This document shows positions 1-8,794 of a DNA stretch of 41,850 bases, piece after piece. Made by a program: the position numbers and the translations under genes. The stretch covers positions 1 through 41,850 of the forward strand of contig CANRDW010000004.1 in NCBI GenBank assembly GCA_947629505.1. Reading direction: 5' to 3'. The notes beneath the pieces were generated by a model. It ran no database searches and was not told the origin of the DNA. It saw nothing but the letters and a program-made list of their open reading frames with translations. Numbering within the stretch: the stretch's first letter is position 1; every line of letters starts with the position of its first letter. The DNA is from an uncultured Clostridia bacterium. Lineage in GTDB: Bacteria > Bacillota > Clostridia > Christensenellales > UBA1242.

Positions 1-181
1 CCTATTAAAGGTAGAAAAAATAGTAAAATAAAATGCCACCTATCGCAAAGATAGGTGGTCTTTTTTTAGCAGAAACACGGAAATATCAATGTTAGACTTT
101 ATGTATTGACAAGACAAGAACGAACTTTTTGCAGTGATAATACTTGAAACTTTCGCCTTAGACTTAGTGCAGGTTGGTTAC
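1..181. mobile_element. Probable end of an integrated element that interrupts the ABC permease gene
   Basis: Permease similarity stops at ...LKINVGMS, where W-x-G-V-I-x-G-E is expected. The frame continues as unrelated sequence (CNQPALSL...). Confidence 0.5.
36..67 (+). terminator. Rho-independent terminator, probably ending a gene of the inserted element to the left
   Basis: CCACCTATC-gcaaa-GATAGGTGG stem followed by TC and a T7 tract. Confidence 0.7.
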
Positions 182-808
182 AACTCATCCCTACATTTAT
201 CTTCAAAACGGACACAAATTCGGGCATGCTGTTTGGCAGAACGAGTTTGTATAAAATTTGAAACTTGTTTGCATGCATGGATTTTAAAAGCAGAATTTTG
301 CCTTCTTCAACAGACATAAAGGCGGACAGCATTGACATGGTTGTGATAACAATACAAATCAAAATGCACATCACAACAATGGCTTTCGTGCCGGCGCCAA
401 CCCAAAGGATGATAACCGGCCCAAGCGCAATTTTTGGCAGCGAGTTTAACACAACGATATAAGGCTCAAAAATGCGGCGGACTTTCTCATTCCACCAAAG
501 CATCACGGCGATAAGATAGCCCAAGATTGTTGCAATTGCAAAGCCTACAAGAGTTTCATACAGCGTGACCCAAGTGTGCGTCAAAAGTGTGCCATTTTGT
601 GCCAGCGTGATAATTTGATTGAAAATTCGCGATGGCGAACTTACAAAAAACGGATCAATGACTTTGTATTGTGTCAAAATTTCCCACAGTCCCAAAATTG
701 CAACCAAAATAAAAATTCTGAAAAAGATGATGATGAATTTGTCTTTTCTCAGCCTTTTTACATATGTTTTGTGCGCTTTTGAAAAATTAAGTGTTTGCTT
801 TTTCATTT
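99..808 (-). pseudogene. NitT/TauT-type (YtlD-like) ABC permease, C-terminally truncated or interrupted
   Basis: TM segments with LNSLPKIALGPVIILWVGAG and an EAA-like region. Likely start at MKKQTLNF (about 808, overlapping the ATPase end). The final TM region is missing. Confidence 0.65.
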
Positions 809-1557
809 GAAAGTAATCTCCATATTTTGTCAAAAAGTTCGTGGAAGTGGTCAACATCTCGTCTTTTAAGGGGTGTTTCGCCTTCAAGCGCAGGGACGAT
901 AGTTTCTTTCACGGTTGCTGGGCGGGCGGTCATAACAAAAATCTTGTCCGACATTGAAATTGCCTCTGAAATATCGTGCGTGACTAAAGCGGCGGTTTTT
1001 TTCTCGTTTTTGATAATCTGATGAACATCGTCACAAACGGAGAGTTTTGTTTGATAGTCAAGTGCAGAAAAAGGCTCGTCTAAAAGCAACAGTTTTGGCT
1101 CTAGCGCAAGCGTTCGAATAAGCGCCACACGCTGTCGCATTCCGCCCGAAAGTGAACGCGGCTTTTGATTTCTGAAAGAATATAAGTCATATTTTTTCAA
1201 AAGTTCTTCCGCTTTTGCAAGTTTTTCATCCTTGTCTTCTGGCTTTCTTATCTCAAGGCCAAGCGTTATGTTTTTCCAAACAGTTCGCCACTCAAAAAGA
1301 AAGTCTTTTTGAAACATATAGCCAATTTTTTTCGTGTCAATTTTTGTTTCGCCGTCCAAAAGAATTTGCCCAGATGTTGGCTTTAAAAGTCCAGCAGTAA
1401 GCGACAAAATTGTTGTTTTGCCGCAGCCACTTGGCCCGACAATAGAAACAAAATCTTGATTTAAAACATCAAAACAGACATTATTCAATGCAAAAATTTC
1501 ATCTTTTTGTGTTTGATAGAAATAGTTTACATTTTGAAATGAAAGTAAGTTTTCCAT
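787..1557 (-). CDS. NitT/TauT-family ABC transporter ATP-binding protein
   Basis: Walker A GPSGCGKT, signature LSGGMRQR, Walker B LLLLDEPFSALD, H-loop VTHD. Confidence 0.93.
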   Translation of the reverse strand: MENLLSFQNVNYFYQTQKDEIFALNNVCFDVLNQDFVSIVGPSGCGKTTILSLTAGLLKPTSGQILLDGETKIDTKKIGYMFQKDFLFEWRTVWKNITLGLEIRKPEDKDEKLAKAEELLKKYDLYSFRNQKPRSLSGGMRQRVALIRTLALEPKLLLLDEPFSALDYQTKLSVCDDVHQIIKNEKKTAALVTHDISEAISMSDKIFVMTARPATVKETIVPALEGETPLKRRDVDHFHELFDKIWRLLSNEKANT

Positions 1558-1682
1558 ATAAAACCCCTTACAAATACATTGTATTTTTTAGGCGAATTTT
1601 TGTGCTTTTTGATATATTTTTGACACAAAATGTTGATTTATGGCGATTTTCGTGGGAAAATTTCGCACGAAGGAGGTTTAAA

Positions 1683-1961
1683 GTGGATGAAGTAAAAGAT
1701 GCGCTGATTAAAAGGGCTCTTGGCTTTGACAGTGACGAAATTGTGGAAGAATATGTGGCAGATGACAACGGAAAAACCGTGCTTTCAAAACGCAAAGTGA
1801 CAAAAAAATACAATCCGCCGGACATGAGTGCGCTTAAAGTTTTGATTGAGCAGTCTGAGTTTGATGATGAAATTTCGCACATGACGGACAAAGAACTTTT
1901 GCGCGAAAAAGACCGACTTTTAAAACTTTTAGCAGAAAAGGAGCAAGAAGATGAAAATTAA
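1683..1961 (+). CDS. Phage small-terminase-like protein (C-terminal part only), 92 aa
   Basis: GTG start after AGGAGG (1671-1676). The motif DALIKRALGF..EE...K..TKK..PPDMSA resembles the 'NALLKRALGY...TK.VPPD..A' segment of Firmicutes phage TerS/HTH proteins. First gene of the head operon. Confidence 0.55.
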   Translation: MDEVKDALIKRALGFDSDEIVEEYVADDNGKTVLSKRKVTKKYNPPDMSALKVLIEQSEFDDEISHMTDKELLREKDRLLKLLAEKEQEDEN

Positions 1962-2163
1962 AATGTGCAAAAACAGCGTAAGATGTGACCTTTACAAATG
2001 CAAAAACATGGCAAAGTATTCAATTACAACCAAAGGTTTTTTGAAACACGAATTTGTGTTTTGTGATGACTGCATGAAGAAAATGTTTGAATGCTTTTCA
2101 AAAGAGATGGTGCCAAAATCAATCAATGCGCCATACAAAAGACACTTTAAGGAGGAAAAATGA
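1951..2163 (+). CDS. Small Cys-rich putative zinc-binding protein
   Basis: AGGAG RBS, C-x4-C ... C-x2-C (CDLYKC...FCDDC), overlaps both neighbours. Confidence 0.65.
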   Translation: MKIKMCKNSVRCDLYKCKNMAKYSITTKGFLKHEFVFCDDCMKKMFECFSKEMVPKSINAPYKRHFKEEK

Positions 2164-4004
2164 AGAAATTAGATTTAGTTAAAGAAACTTTAGACGATTT
2201 TGAACAAAGGGTGAGAGAAAGAAAGCCCTTTGACAGCCAATGGCAAATGAACATGAATTTTTACATGGGAAATCAATATTGCGAACTTGGCTTTGGCGGC
2301 TTTGTGAGAGATATTGACAGGCAATATTTTTGGCAGGAAAGAGAAGTGTTCAATCACATTGCACCGCTCATCGACATAAGGCTTTCCAAACTTTCAAAAA
2401 TAAAGCCAAGATTTCAAATTTTGCCATCTTCAAACGATGACAACGACATTTACACTGCAAAAGTTGGAAAGAAAATTTTGGATTCAGTTTCAAGCAGACT
2501 TAACCTGACTGCAAAAATCAATCAGGCGACAAAATGGAGTGAAATTTGCGGAACATCTTTCTACAAGATAAGTTGGAATTCAAATCTTGGACAAGTTGTT
2601 GCGCTTGAGGATGACGGCAAAAAGGTGCACACGGGGGATGTTGAAATCAGTGTTTGCAGCCCGTTTGAAATCTATCCAGACAGTTCCACACATGAAAATT
2701 TGAGTGACTGCCAAAGCATAATCCATGCACGCGCTTACACTGTTGAACAAATCAAACAGATGTTTGGCGTGGATGTTAAGGGCAAGGACGTGAATGTCTA
2801 TTCGCTTGATGGCACATCGGCTGCACTTGGCGGACTTGGCTACAACGGGCTTTCAACAAAACTTATTGAAACAACTCGCCAAAACAGCGCCATTGTCCTG
2901 GAAAAATATGTTAAACCAAATGCGGAATTTCCAAACGGCAGGCTGATTATCATTGCCGGCGACACACTTGTTTTTGACGGAGATATGCCATACATCAACG
3001 ATGCAGAGGGCAAAAGAGAATTCCCGTTTGTGCGCCAAATCTGCAACGAAGAAGTTGGCAATTTCTGGGGCGTTTCAATGATTACAAGGCTGATTCCTAT
3101 TCAACGTGCATACAACGCAGTTAAAAACAGAAAGCATGAATATTTAAACAGGCTTACAATGGGCGTTTTGGCGGTTGAGGACGGCAGTGTTGACATCGAC
3201 AACCTTGAAGAAGAGGGTCTTGCACCGGGCAAAATTTTGGTTTACAGACAAGGTGCAACAGCGCCAGAATTTTTGGGCGGCGAAAGTTTGCCAGCCGATT
3301 TTGAAAAAGAAGAAGAAAGGCTTTTGGATGAATTTTCTGTTCTCAGTGGCTCAAACATCGGCACGCTTGAAAACATCAGGACAACCATGTCCGGCGTTGC
3401 CATCGAACTTTTGATGGACGAAAATGAAAGCAGACTTATCTTCACCACAGACAGCATTAAATCGGCGATTAAGACGATTGCAAAACAAATTTTAAGGCTG
3501 TATAAACAATTTGCAACATTCCCACGCCTTGTGAACATCATGGGTGATGACGGAGCGATGGAAATTTTGTATTTCACCGGCAGCGACATTTCAAGTGACG
3601 ATGTTCAATTTGACACTGACAACGAGTCAACTGAAACGCTCTCTCAAAGACGCAATATGATTTTCACACTGCTTGACAAAGGGCTTTTGTGTGACGATGA
3701 GGGCAAAATTTCAGCCAGCATGAAAAACAAAATCATGCAAAATCTTGGCTTTGGAATTTGGGACACCGCAGTGGATGTCAACGACCTTCACATCAAAAAT
3801 GCCGACAAAGAAAATTTGAAACTTGTGGATGGCAAAGAAGTTGCCGTCAAATCCATAGACGAACACTCACTGCATTTAAATCAACACATTGGCTATATGC
3901 TTAGAGTTGTCTATGGGCAAGACAAAGTTGACAAAAAAGCGGAAGAGGCGTTTTTAAAACACATTGAGGCGCACAAACAAGCGCTCGCTAAGGAGGAAAA
4001 ATAA
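2160..4004 (+). CDS. Phage portal protein (podovirus/P22-like, 614 aa)
   Basis: Size and position. N-terminal W..N..FY.GNQY, VFNHIAPLID.RLSKL, SPFEIYPD, FPFV....GNFWG.S....LIPIQRAYN and C-terminal D.H..H...H are typical of large podoviral portals. Confidence 0.8.
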   Translation: MKKLDLVKETLDDFEQRVRERKPFDSQWQMNMNFYMGNQYCELGFGGFVRDIDRQYFWQEREVFNHIAPLIDIRLSKLSKIKPRFQILPSSNDDNDIYTAKVGKKILDSVSSRLNLTAKINQATKWSEICGTSFYKISWNSNLGQVVALEDDGKKVHTGDVEISVCSPFEIYPDSSTHENLSDCQSIIHARAYTVEQIKQMFGVDVKGKDVNVYSLDGTSAALGGLGYNGLSTKLIETTRQNSAIVLEKYVKPNAEFPNGRLIIIAGDTLVFDGDMPYINDAEGKREFPFVRQICNEEVGNFWGVSMITRLIPIQRAYNAVKNRKHEYLNRLTMGVLAVEDGSVDIDNLEEEGLAPGKILVYRQGATAPEFLGGESLPADFEKEEERLLDEFSVLSGSNIGTLENIRTTMSGVAIELLMDENESRLIFTTDSIKSAIKTIAKQILRLYKQFATFPRLVNIMGDDGAMEILYFTGSDISSDDVQFDTDNESTETLSQRRNMIFTLLDKGLLCDDEGKISASMKNKIMQNLGFGIWDTAVDVNDLHIKNADKENLKLVDGKEVAVKSIDEHSLHLNQHIGYMLRVVYGQDKVDKKAEEAFLKHIEAHKQALAKEEK

Positions 4005-4005
4005 T

Positions 4006-4626
4006 ATGGATGAAATGGAAAATGTAGGGGAAGAACAACAAGTCGTTCAACCTTCAATCGAAGAAAACGAAAGTTGCTCCCCAAGTGAACAGGACAAGGA
4101 AGTTGTGACTGAAGGTGAAACTGAAAGGGGTGTTTTCCTTGGAAAATTTAAAAGTGTGGATGACCTTTACAGCGCATACAACAACCTTGAAGCCGAGTTT
4201 ACAAGAAAAAGTCAGCGCCTTTCTGAACTTGAGAAAGAGAAAACGCAAAATCAAGACAGCGATGCTGCCCTTCATGCGTTCCTTTCAAAAAACGAAAGTG
4301 CCGTGGGATACTTGGATGAACTAAAATCCCGTGTCACAGAAGAAAATGCTGACGAAAACGCTTTTGAAAAGGCTTGGGCGGGGATTTTATATGAAAAACT
4401 CTCTTCCAAAGACTTTGCAAAAGAGCCATTTGTTCAAAACATGGTTTTAAACGATGATGCCATTCAAAATATGGTTATCAAAAACTATTATAAACAACTT
4501 CAAAATCAAAAAGCACCTGTTGTGATTTCTTCAAACTCGGGTGAACGCGTGACCACGCCGGCTCAGACGCGTCCAACCTCTTTTGAAGAGGCAAAAAGGG
4601 TGGCAATGGAGTTGTTTAAAAATTAA
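4006..4626 (+). CDS. Capsid scaffolding/assembly protein
   Basis: AGGAGG RBS, acidic N-terminus, GKFKSVDDLYSAYNNLEAEFTRKSQ motif plus coiled coil, located between portal and capsid. Confidence 0.75.
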   Translation: MDEMENVGEEQQVVQPSIEENESCSPSEQDKEVVTEGETERGVFLGKFKSVDDLYSAYNNLEAEFTRKSQRLSELEKEKTQNQDSDAALHAFLSKNESAVGYLDELKSRVTEENADENAFEKAWAGILYEKLSSKDFAKEPFVQNMVLNDDAIQNMVIKNYYKQLQNQKAPVVISSNSGERVTTPAQTRPTSFEEAKRVAMELFKN

Positions 4627-4640
4627 AAAGGAGAAAAATT

Positions 4641-5810
4641 ATGATCACATTAAAAAGTGCAGAAAATGTACTAAAAGAAGTGTATTTAGGCGTTGTTGCT
4701 GACCAAATCAACACAAAAACAAGCCCACTTTTTTCTAAAATTAGAAGAACATCAAGAAACATCGTTGGAAAGAAAATTCACGTTGTTGCACCAATCGGCG
4801 TAAACGGCGGAATTATGGCAGGGGAAGAAACAAGCGTGCTTCCAGACGGAGTTGGCGCTCCATATCTTTCACTTACATCTGAACTTAAAAACCTTTTTGG
4901 AAGATTTGAAATCTCTGACAAGGCAATTCGCGCATCTTCAACTGATGTTGGCAGTTTTGTAAACTTGATTCAAGACAATATGGACACACTTTTGAAAGCA
5001 AGCATGTTCAATCTTTCAAGAATGCTCTATGGTGATGGAAGCGGCCTTTTGGCAACTGTCACAGATGCATCTGACAAGGTTGTTTTGTCATCTGTAAACG
5101 GCATTGCTCCAGGAATGTATGTTGATGTTTATGGCAGTGACGACAACATGAAAATTGAAAATGCATATGTTGAAAGCGTTGAGCCTGCCACAAAAGAAGT
5201 TAAACTTACATTCTCAAAAGAAGCTTCTGTTGCAGGCGAAGACAAAATCTATGTTCATGGCTCTAAGGACAACGAAATAATCGGGCTTAAAGGGATTGTT
5301 AAAAACAATGACACTCTCTACGGCGTTGACAGAAGCGTTTACAAAGTTATGAACGCAAACAACACAAGCGCTGTTGGAAGCGAAGCTTTTGACGAAGAGT
5401 ATGTTCAAAGTTTTATAGACGACCTTGAAGCAAAGGGGACTGTTGTAAACTTTATCAACACTTCATATGCGCTTAAAAGATTGTATCAAAAATATTTGAC
5501 TGTAAACAAGAAAAATATTGAATACACAACCTTAGAAGATGGCACAAAAGTTATCACTCATCTTGGAACACCAATCGTTCCAACAAATCAAATTGACGAT
5601 GGGGAATGCTATTTCCTCAACACCGATGATTTGGTTTTCTACGAACTTGGCGATTGGAAGTGGCTTGAAGATGAATGCGGCAGAATTTTAAAGCAAAATC
5701 CAAACAAGGCATCTTTTGGTGCAACTTTGGTTAAATACACCGAACTTATCTGCCAAAAGCCATCTGGAATTGCTCATGTGACAGGCATTAAAACAACATA
5801 CGGCGAATAA
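4641..5810 (+). CDS. Major capsid protein (HK97-fold expected)
   Basis: 389 aa directly after the scaffold, strong AAGGAG RBS. The segment LKNLFGRFEISDKAIRAS...SFVNLI...LSRMLYGDGSG and C-terminal YTELICQKPSG fit phage MCPs. Confidence 0.8.
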   Translation: MITLKSAENVLKEVYLGVVADQINTKTSPLFSKIRRTSRNIVGKKIHVVAPIGVNGGIMAGEETSVLPDGVGAPYLSLTSELKNLFGRFEISDKAIRASSTDVGSFVNLIQDNMDTLLKASMFNLSRMLYGDGSGLLATVTDASDKVVLSSVNGIAPGMYVDVYGSDDNMKIENAYVESVEPATKEVKLTFSKEASVAGEDKIYVHGSKDNEIIGLKGIVKNNDTLYGVDRSVYKVMNANNTSAVGSEAFDEEYVQSFIDDLEAKGTVVNFINTSYALKRLYQKYLTVNKKNIEYTTLEDGTKVITHLGTPIVPTNQIDDGECYFLNTDDLVFYELGDWKWLEDECGRILKQNPNKASFGATLVKYTELICQKPSGIAHVTGIKTTYGE

Positions 5811-5822
5811 AAGGGGCTTTTT

Positions 5823-6155
5823 ATGAAACAAAAGTTATTTGAAGTTGACAGCGACTGCTTGGAAATAGTGAGGCGAATTAAAGAAATTGATGACGATTAT
5901 TTTGTCATGTATGACAGCGAAAATCATAAATTTCAACTGCACTCAAGGTCGCAAAGAAACACATATTGTTTAACTTTTCCATATGATACTCTTGATGAAA
6001 GGGCTGTTTTGTATGTGCTGAAAACACGCGTGCAAAACAGTGACAAAATTTTTGCAGAACTTGAAGAAGAAAATCGCAAACTAGAAGAGAAGAAGTCAAA
6101 GGAAATTTTGAATAACTTTAAGGAGAAACTCTATGAAAGTTTTAGACATAATTAA
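5823..6155 (+). CDS. Phage-like hypothetical protein in the head operon
   Basis: Intact ORF with AAGGGG RBS, overlaps the next gene, C-terminal coiled coil. Confidence 0.7.
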   Translation: MKQKLFEVDSDCLEIVRRIKEIDDDYFVMYDSENHKFQLHSRSQRNTYCLTFPYDTLDERAVLYVLKTRVQNSDKIFAELEEENRKLEEKKSKEILNNFKEKLYESFRHN

Positions 6156-6687
6156 AATGGTTTGTGATTTTGTGGGAGAGAGTGAGATTTTTTCGAAACT
6201 CTCTTCAAAATCTTCGCTTACAAGCAAAGAGCAAGAGAAAGTTGACAGAATGCTTCGCTGTTTCAACCTTGTAAGACAGGAAATTGCTTGCGATTATCTT
6301 CCACTTTACACTAAAGAGAATGTTGACGCAAATGCGATTTTAAATTTCAGTTCGCTTTCAAAAAAGGTGATACATATCTTTGAAGTGAAAAACCGTTTTG
6401 GCATGAATTTGCATTTCAAAAATTTCGACAACTACATTGAAATTTCTGGCAGAGCAAAAAGCGTTTTATACTCTTATCTTCCAGAAGATTTGACGATAGA
6501 TGATGAAATTATCATGCACAGCGGACTCAGTGGAAGAATCTATGCTTATGGCGTGGCAAGTGAATATCTTTTGATTGACGGCGTGAGCGAGGATGCGGAA
6601 ATTTGGGAAAACAGATTTAAAGAGAGCCTGTTTGTTCTTTCCAGAAAACGTGGGGAACTTGTTTTACCTAAAAGGCGTTGGCTGTGA
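6133..6687 (+). CDS. Putative head-tail adaptor (P22 gp4 / T7 gp11-like)
   Basis: 184 aa, helical N- and C-termini around a beta-rich middle, YAYGVASEY....AEIWENRF end motif, position after the MCP. Confidence 0.55.
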   Translation: MKVLDIIKMVCDFVGESEIFSKLSSKSSLTSKEQEKVDRMLRCFNLVRQEIACDYLPLYTKENVDANAILNFSSLSKKVIHIFEVKNRFGMNLHFKNFDNYIEISGRAKSVLYSYLPEDLTIDDEIIMHSGLSGRIYAYGVASEYLLIDGVSEDAEIWENRFKESLFVLSRKRGELVLPKRRWL

Positions 6688-8183
6688 TTTTCTATAAAAA
6701 TCTCAAAAAAAATAAGCCGGTTTCTAGCAAAAATCTTGTTTTTTCTGTCTTTGATGGCGGAATTGTTTCAAACACCGATGACAGTGTTGCAAAACCAAAT
6801 GCATGCAAAACTTTTTACAATCTTTCATACATTGACGGGGCGCTTAAAACAGGGCTTGGGTTTTCGGATTTGGCAGTTCCTGCATCTGAGGACAACCTTG
6901 ATGACACTCACACCTATGATTTTGCTTCCAAAATAGATGAAATTTGTGGACTTTGGCTTGACAGGTGGTTTAACAATAATTCTGGGACATATCAGTATCA
7001 AATTATTTTAAGCGACACAAAAAATTATCTTTGGGGCGTTCCGCTCATCGACAGAAACAATGGCTTTATTTGGGACAAATCGGACAAACTTAAATCTCCG
7101 CCACTTTTTCAGTGTGCTTATCGAATTGATAACACAGACTGTTGTTTGTTTTTTGCAAATGAGGGGCTTTTATATCTCTCAACAGTCAGGGAGGGAATAT
7201 ATCCAAATGTTCCGCCGTTTATTTCTTGCGTTGTGCATTATGACAATTTTTTTGGAATTACAAACACAAACCGAAACACACTTATTTATACAACAAACTT
7301 AAACATAACCAAATGGCAAGAGGAAGAAAACCTTTCCACGATTGAATTTTTGGACAACCGTGGGGCTTTCACAAAACTTGTTGCGTTTAATGATTATGTA
7401 TATTTATTCAGAGAAAATGGCATAACAAAAATTTCACTTTACACCACAAGAGGTGAGTTTTCATTTACACATCTATACACGTCAACATCCAAAATTTTTG
7501 AAAATTCTGTGTGCGTGTGTGGGGGACAAGTGTTGTTTATGACACGTGATGGACTTTACACTTTCAATGGAAATTCTGTAAGCAAAGTTGCACAACAATA
7601 TGACAATTTTTTCAAAAAACTTGACAACTCAAATTGCACGTGTGCTTGCCTTGACGGAAAATATTATTTTGCAAGCAAATGCAACTTTGATGACGGAGAA
7701 AAAGTTGGTTGTGAAAATGGCGACTTTGTCAATAATTACCTTTTTGAAATTGACATTAAAACTTTTGAGTTGAATCTTTATCGCGGAGTTGACATCAGAA
7801 AATTGCTTGCCTTGGACAACCCTTACATGAGCAAAATGTGTGCTTGTTTTTACAATGAAAATAAGCAGCGTGTTGGGCAGTTGAATTTTGATGGCTCAAC
7901 CTTTGAAAAGGCAACACAAAAATGTTGGAAGTCTTTTTCAACTGACTTGGATTTTCCGGGCAAACGCAAAAGAATAAAAGAAATTTACATCACATCTTTG
8001 TATGATTGTGAAATGACAATAATTTCAGATGAAGAAGAAAAATCATATAAATTTGTTGGAAAAAGTGAAATTCAACGTGAAAAAATCAACATTTGTGGCA
8101 AAAGCTTTCAATTTATTTTAAAATCGACAGAAAAAAATTGCGACATAAAAAAGCCGATGGTGACGTTTGATGTTAAAGAATAA
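6678..8183 (+). CDS. Putative tail hub/nozzle beta-propeller protein (P22 gp10 / T7 gp12-like)
   Basis: Starts F.GGI..., repeated blade-like strands (LVAFNDYVYLFRENGI, VLFMTRDGLYTFNG, DGKYYF), C-terminal W.S..TDLDFPGKRKRIKEI. Confidence 0.6.
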   Translation: MAVIFYKNLKKNKPVSSKNLVFSVFDGGIVSNTDDSVAKPNACKTFYNLSYIDGALKTGLGFSDLAVPASEDNLDDTHTYDFASKIDEICGLWLDRWFNNNSGTYQYQIILSDTKNYLWGVPLIDRNNGFIWDKSDKLKSPPLFQCAYRIDNTDCCLFFANEGLLYLSTVREGIYPNVPPFISCVVHYDNFFGITNTNRNTLIYTTNLNITKWQEEENLSTIEFLDNRGAFTKLVAFNDYVYLFRENGITKISLYTTRGEFSFTHLYTSTSKIFENSVCVCGGQVLFMTRDGLYTFNGNSVSKVAQQYDNFFKKLDNSNCTCACLDGKYYFASKCNFDDGEKVGCENGDFVNNYLFEIDIKTFELNLYRGVDIRKLLALDNPYMSKMCACFYNENKQRVGQLNFDGSTFEKATQKCWKSFSTDLDFPGKRKRIKEIYITSLYDCEMTIISDEEEKSYKFVGKSEIQREKINICGKSFQFILKSTEKNCDIKKPMVTFDVKE

Positions 8184-8284
8184 TTTTGTTTTTTACAATT
8201 CCACTAAACTTTTTGTTTGGAAATCTTTTGAAATTTTAGGCGACTTTAATGCCTATAAAAAATGCATTTTTAAAGGATGAAAAA

Positions 8285-8503
8285 ATGGAAATTTGGGAGG
8301 AAATTATCAGCATCATCATCAGCAATGGAGTGTTTGCAATTTTGTTTGTTTGCCTTTTTGTTTATCAACTTAAAGACAGCAGGCGCAGAGAAGAAAAGTA
8401 TCAACAAACGATTGAGGAACTCACGGTTGGATTGCAAGTTTTGCAAGATGTAAGAGAAGATGTTGATGAAATAAAAGATATTTTGGAGAGTGAAAAACTA
8501 TGA
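8285..8503 (+). CDS. BhlA/UviB-family holin-like peptide
   Basis: SNGVFAILFVCLFVYQLKDSRRREEKYQQTIEEL matches the BhlA/UviB pattern (single TM then REEKYQ). Confidence 0.8.
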   Translation: MEIWEEIISIIISNGVFAILFVCLFVYQLKDSRRREEKYQQTIEELTVGLQVLQDVREDVDEIKDILESEKL

Positions 8504-8757
8504 AAAATTTTTTCAAAAAATTTAAAAGTTATGGCTTTTGGGTGAGTTTATCTGCGGCAGTGATTGTGCTTTTAAACGCACTTGGCAGAGCCTTTGGGTT
8601 TTCAATAGATGAGAAGATTGTTGACGATGTTGTCATGTCACTTGCAAGCCTTTTGGTTGTGCTTGGAATTGTGGATATGTCAACCAACAAAGACTCTCAT
8701 GATGACGATTCAGACGAAGATGACAACTTGCCAAATGATGATAAAAATAATGAATAA
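8500..8757 (+). CDS. Two-TM phage holin-like protein
   Basis: K.KSYGFWVSL..A TM1, second TM ending LVVLGIV, acidic tail. Confidence 0.7.
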   Translation: MKNFFKKFKSYGFWVSLSAAVIVLLNALGRAFGFSIDEKIVDDVVMSLASLLVVLGIVDMSTNKDSHDDDSDEDDNLPNDDKNNE

Positions 8758-8794
8758 ATAAACAATATAATGTATAAATATACACACAAAAAAC

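Noticed and set aside
1488-1682. 65-aa N-terminal extension of the TerS-like ORF given in the ORF track
   Set aside because: It overlaps the divergent ABC ATPase start and intergenic DNA. The AGGAGG at 1671 supports GTG 1683.
4641-5810. Encapsulin shell
   Set aside because: It is accompanied by portal, scaffold and neck genes, which encapsulin operons lack, and no cargo enzyme is adjacent.
1683-8757. Complete inducible prophage
   Set aside because: No integrase, immunity, replication, large terminase, tail-fibre or endolysin genes are present, and host genes flank it on both sides.
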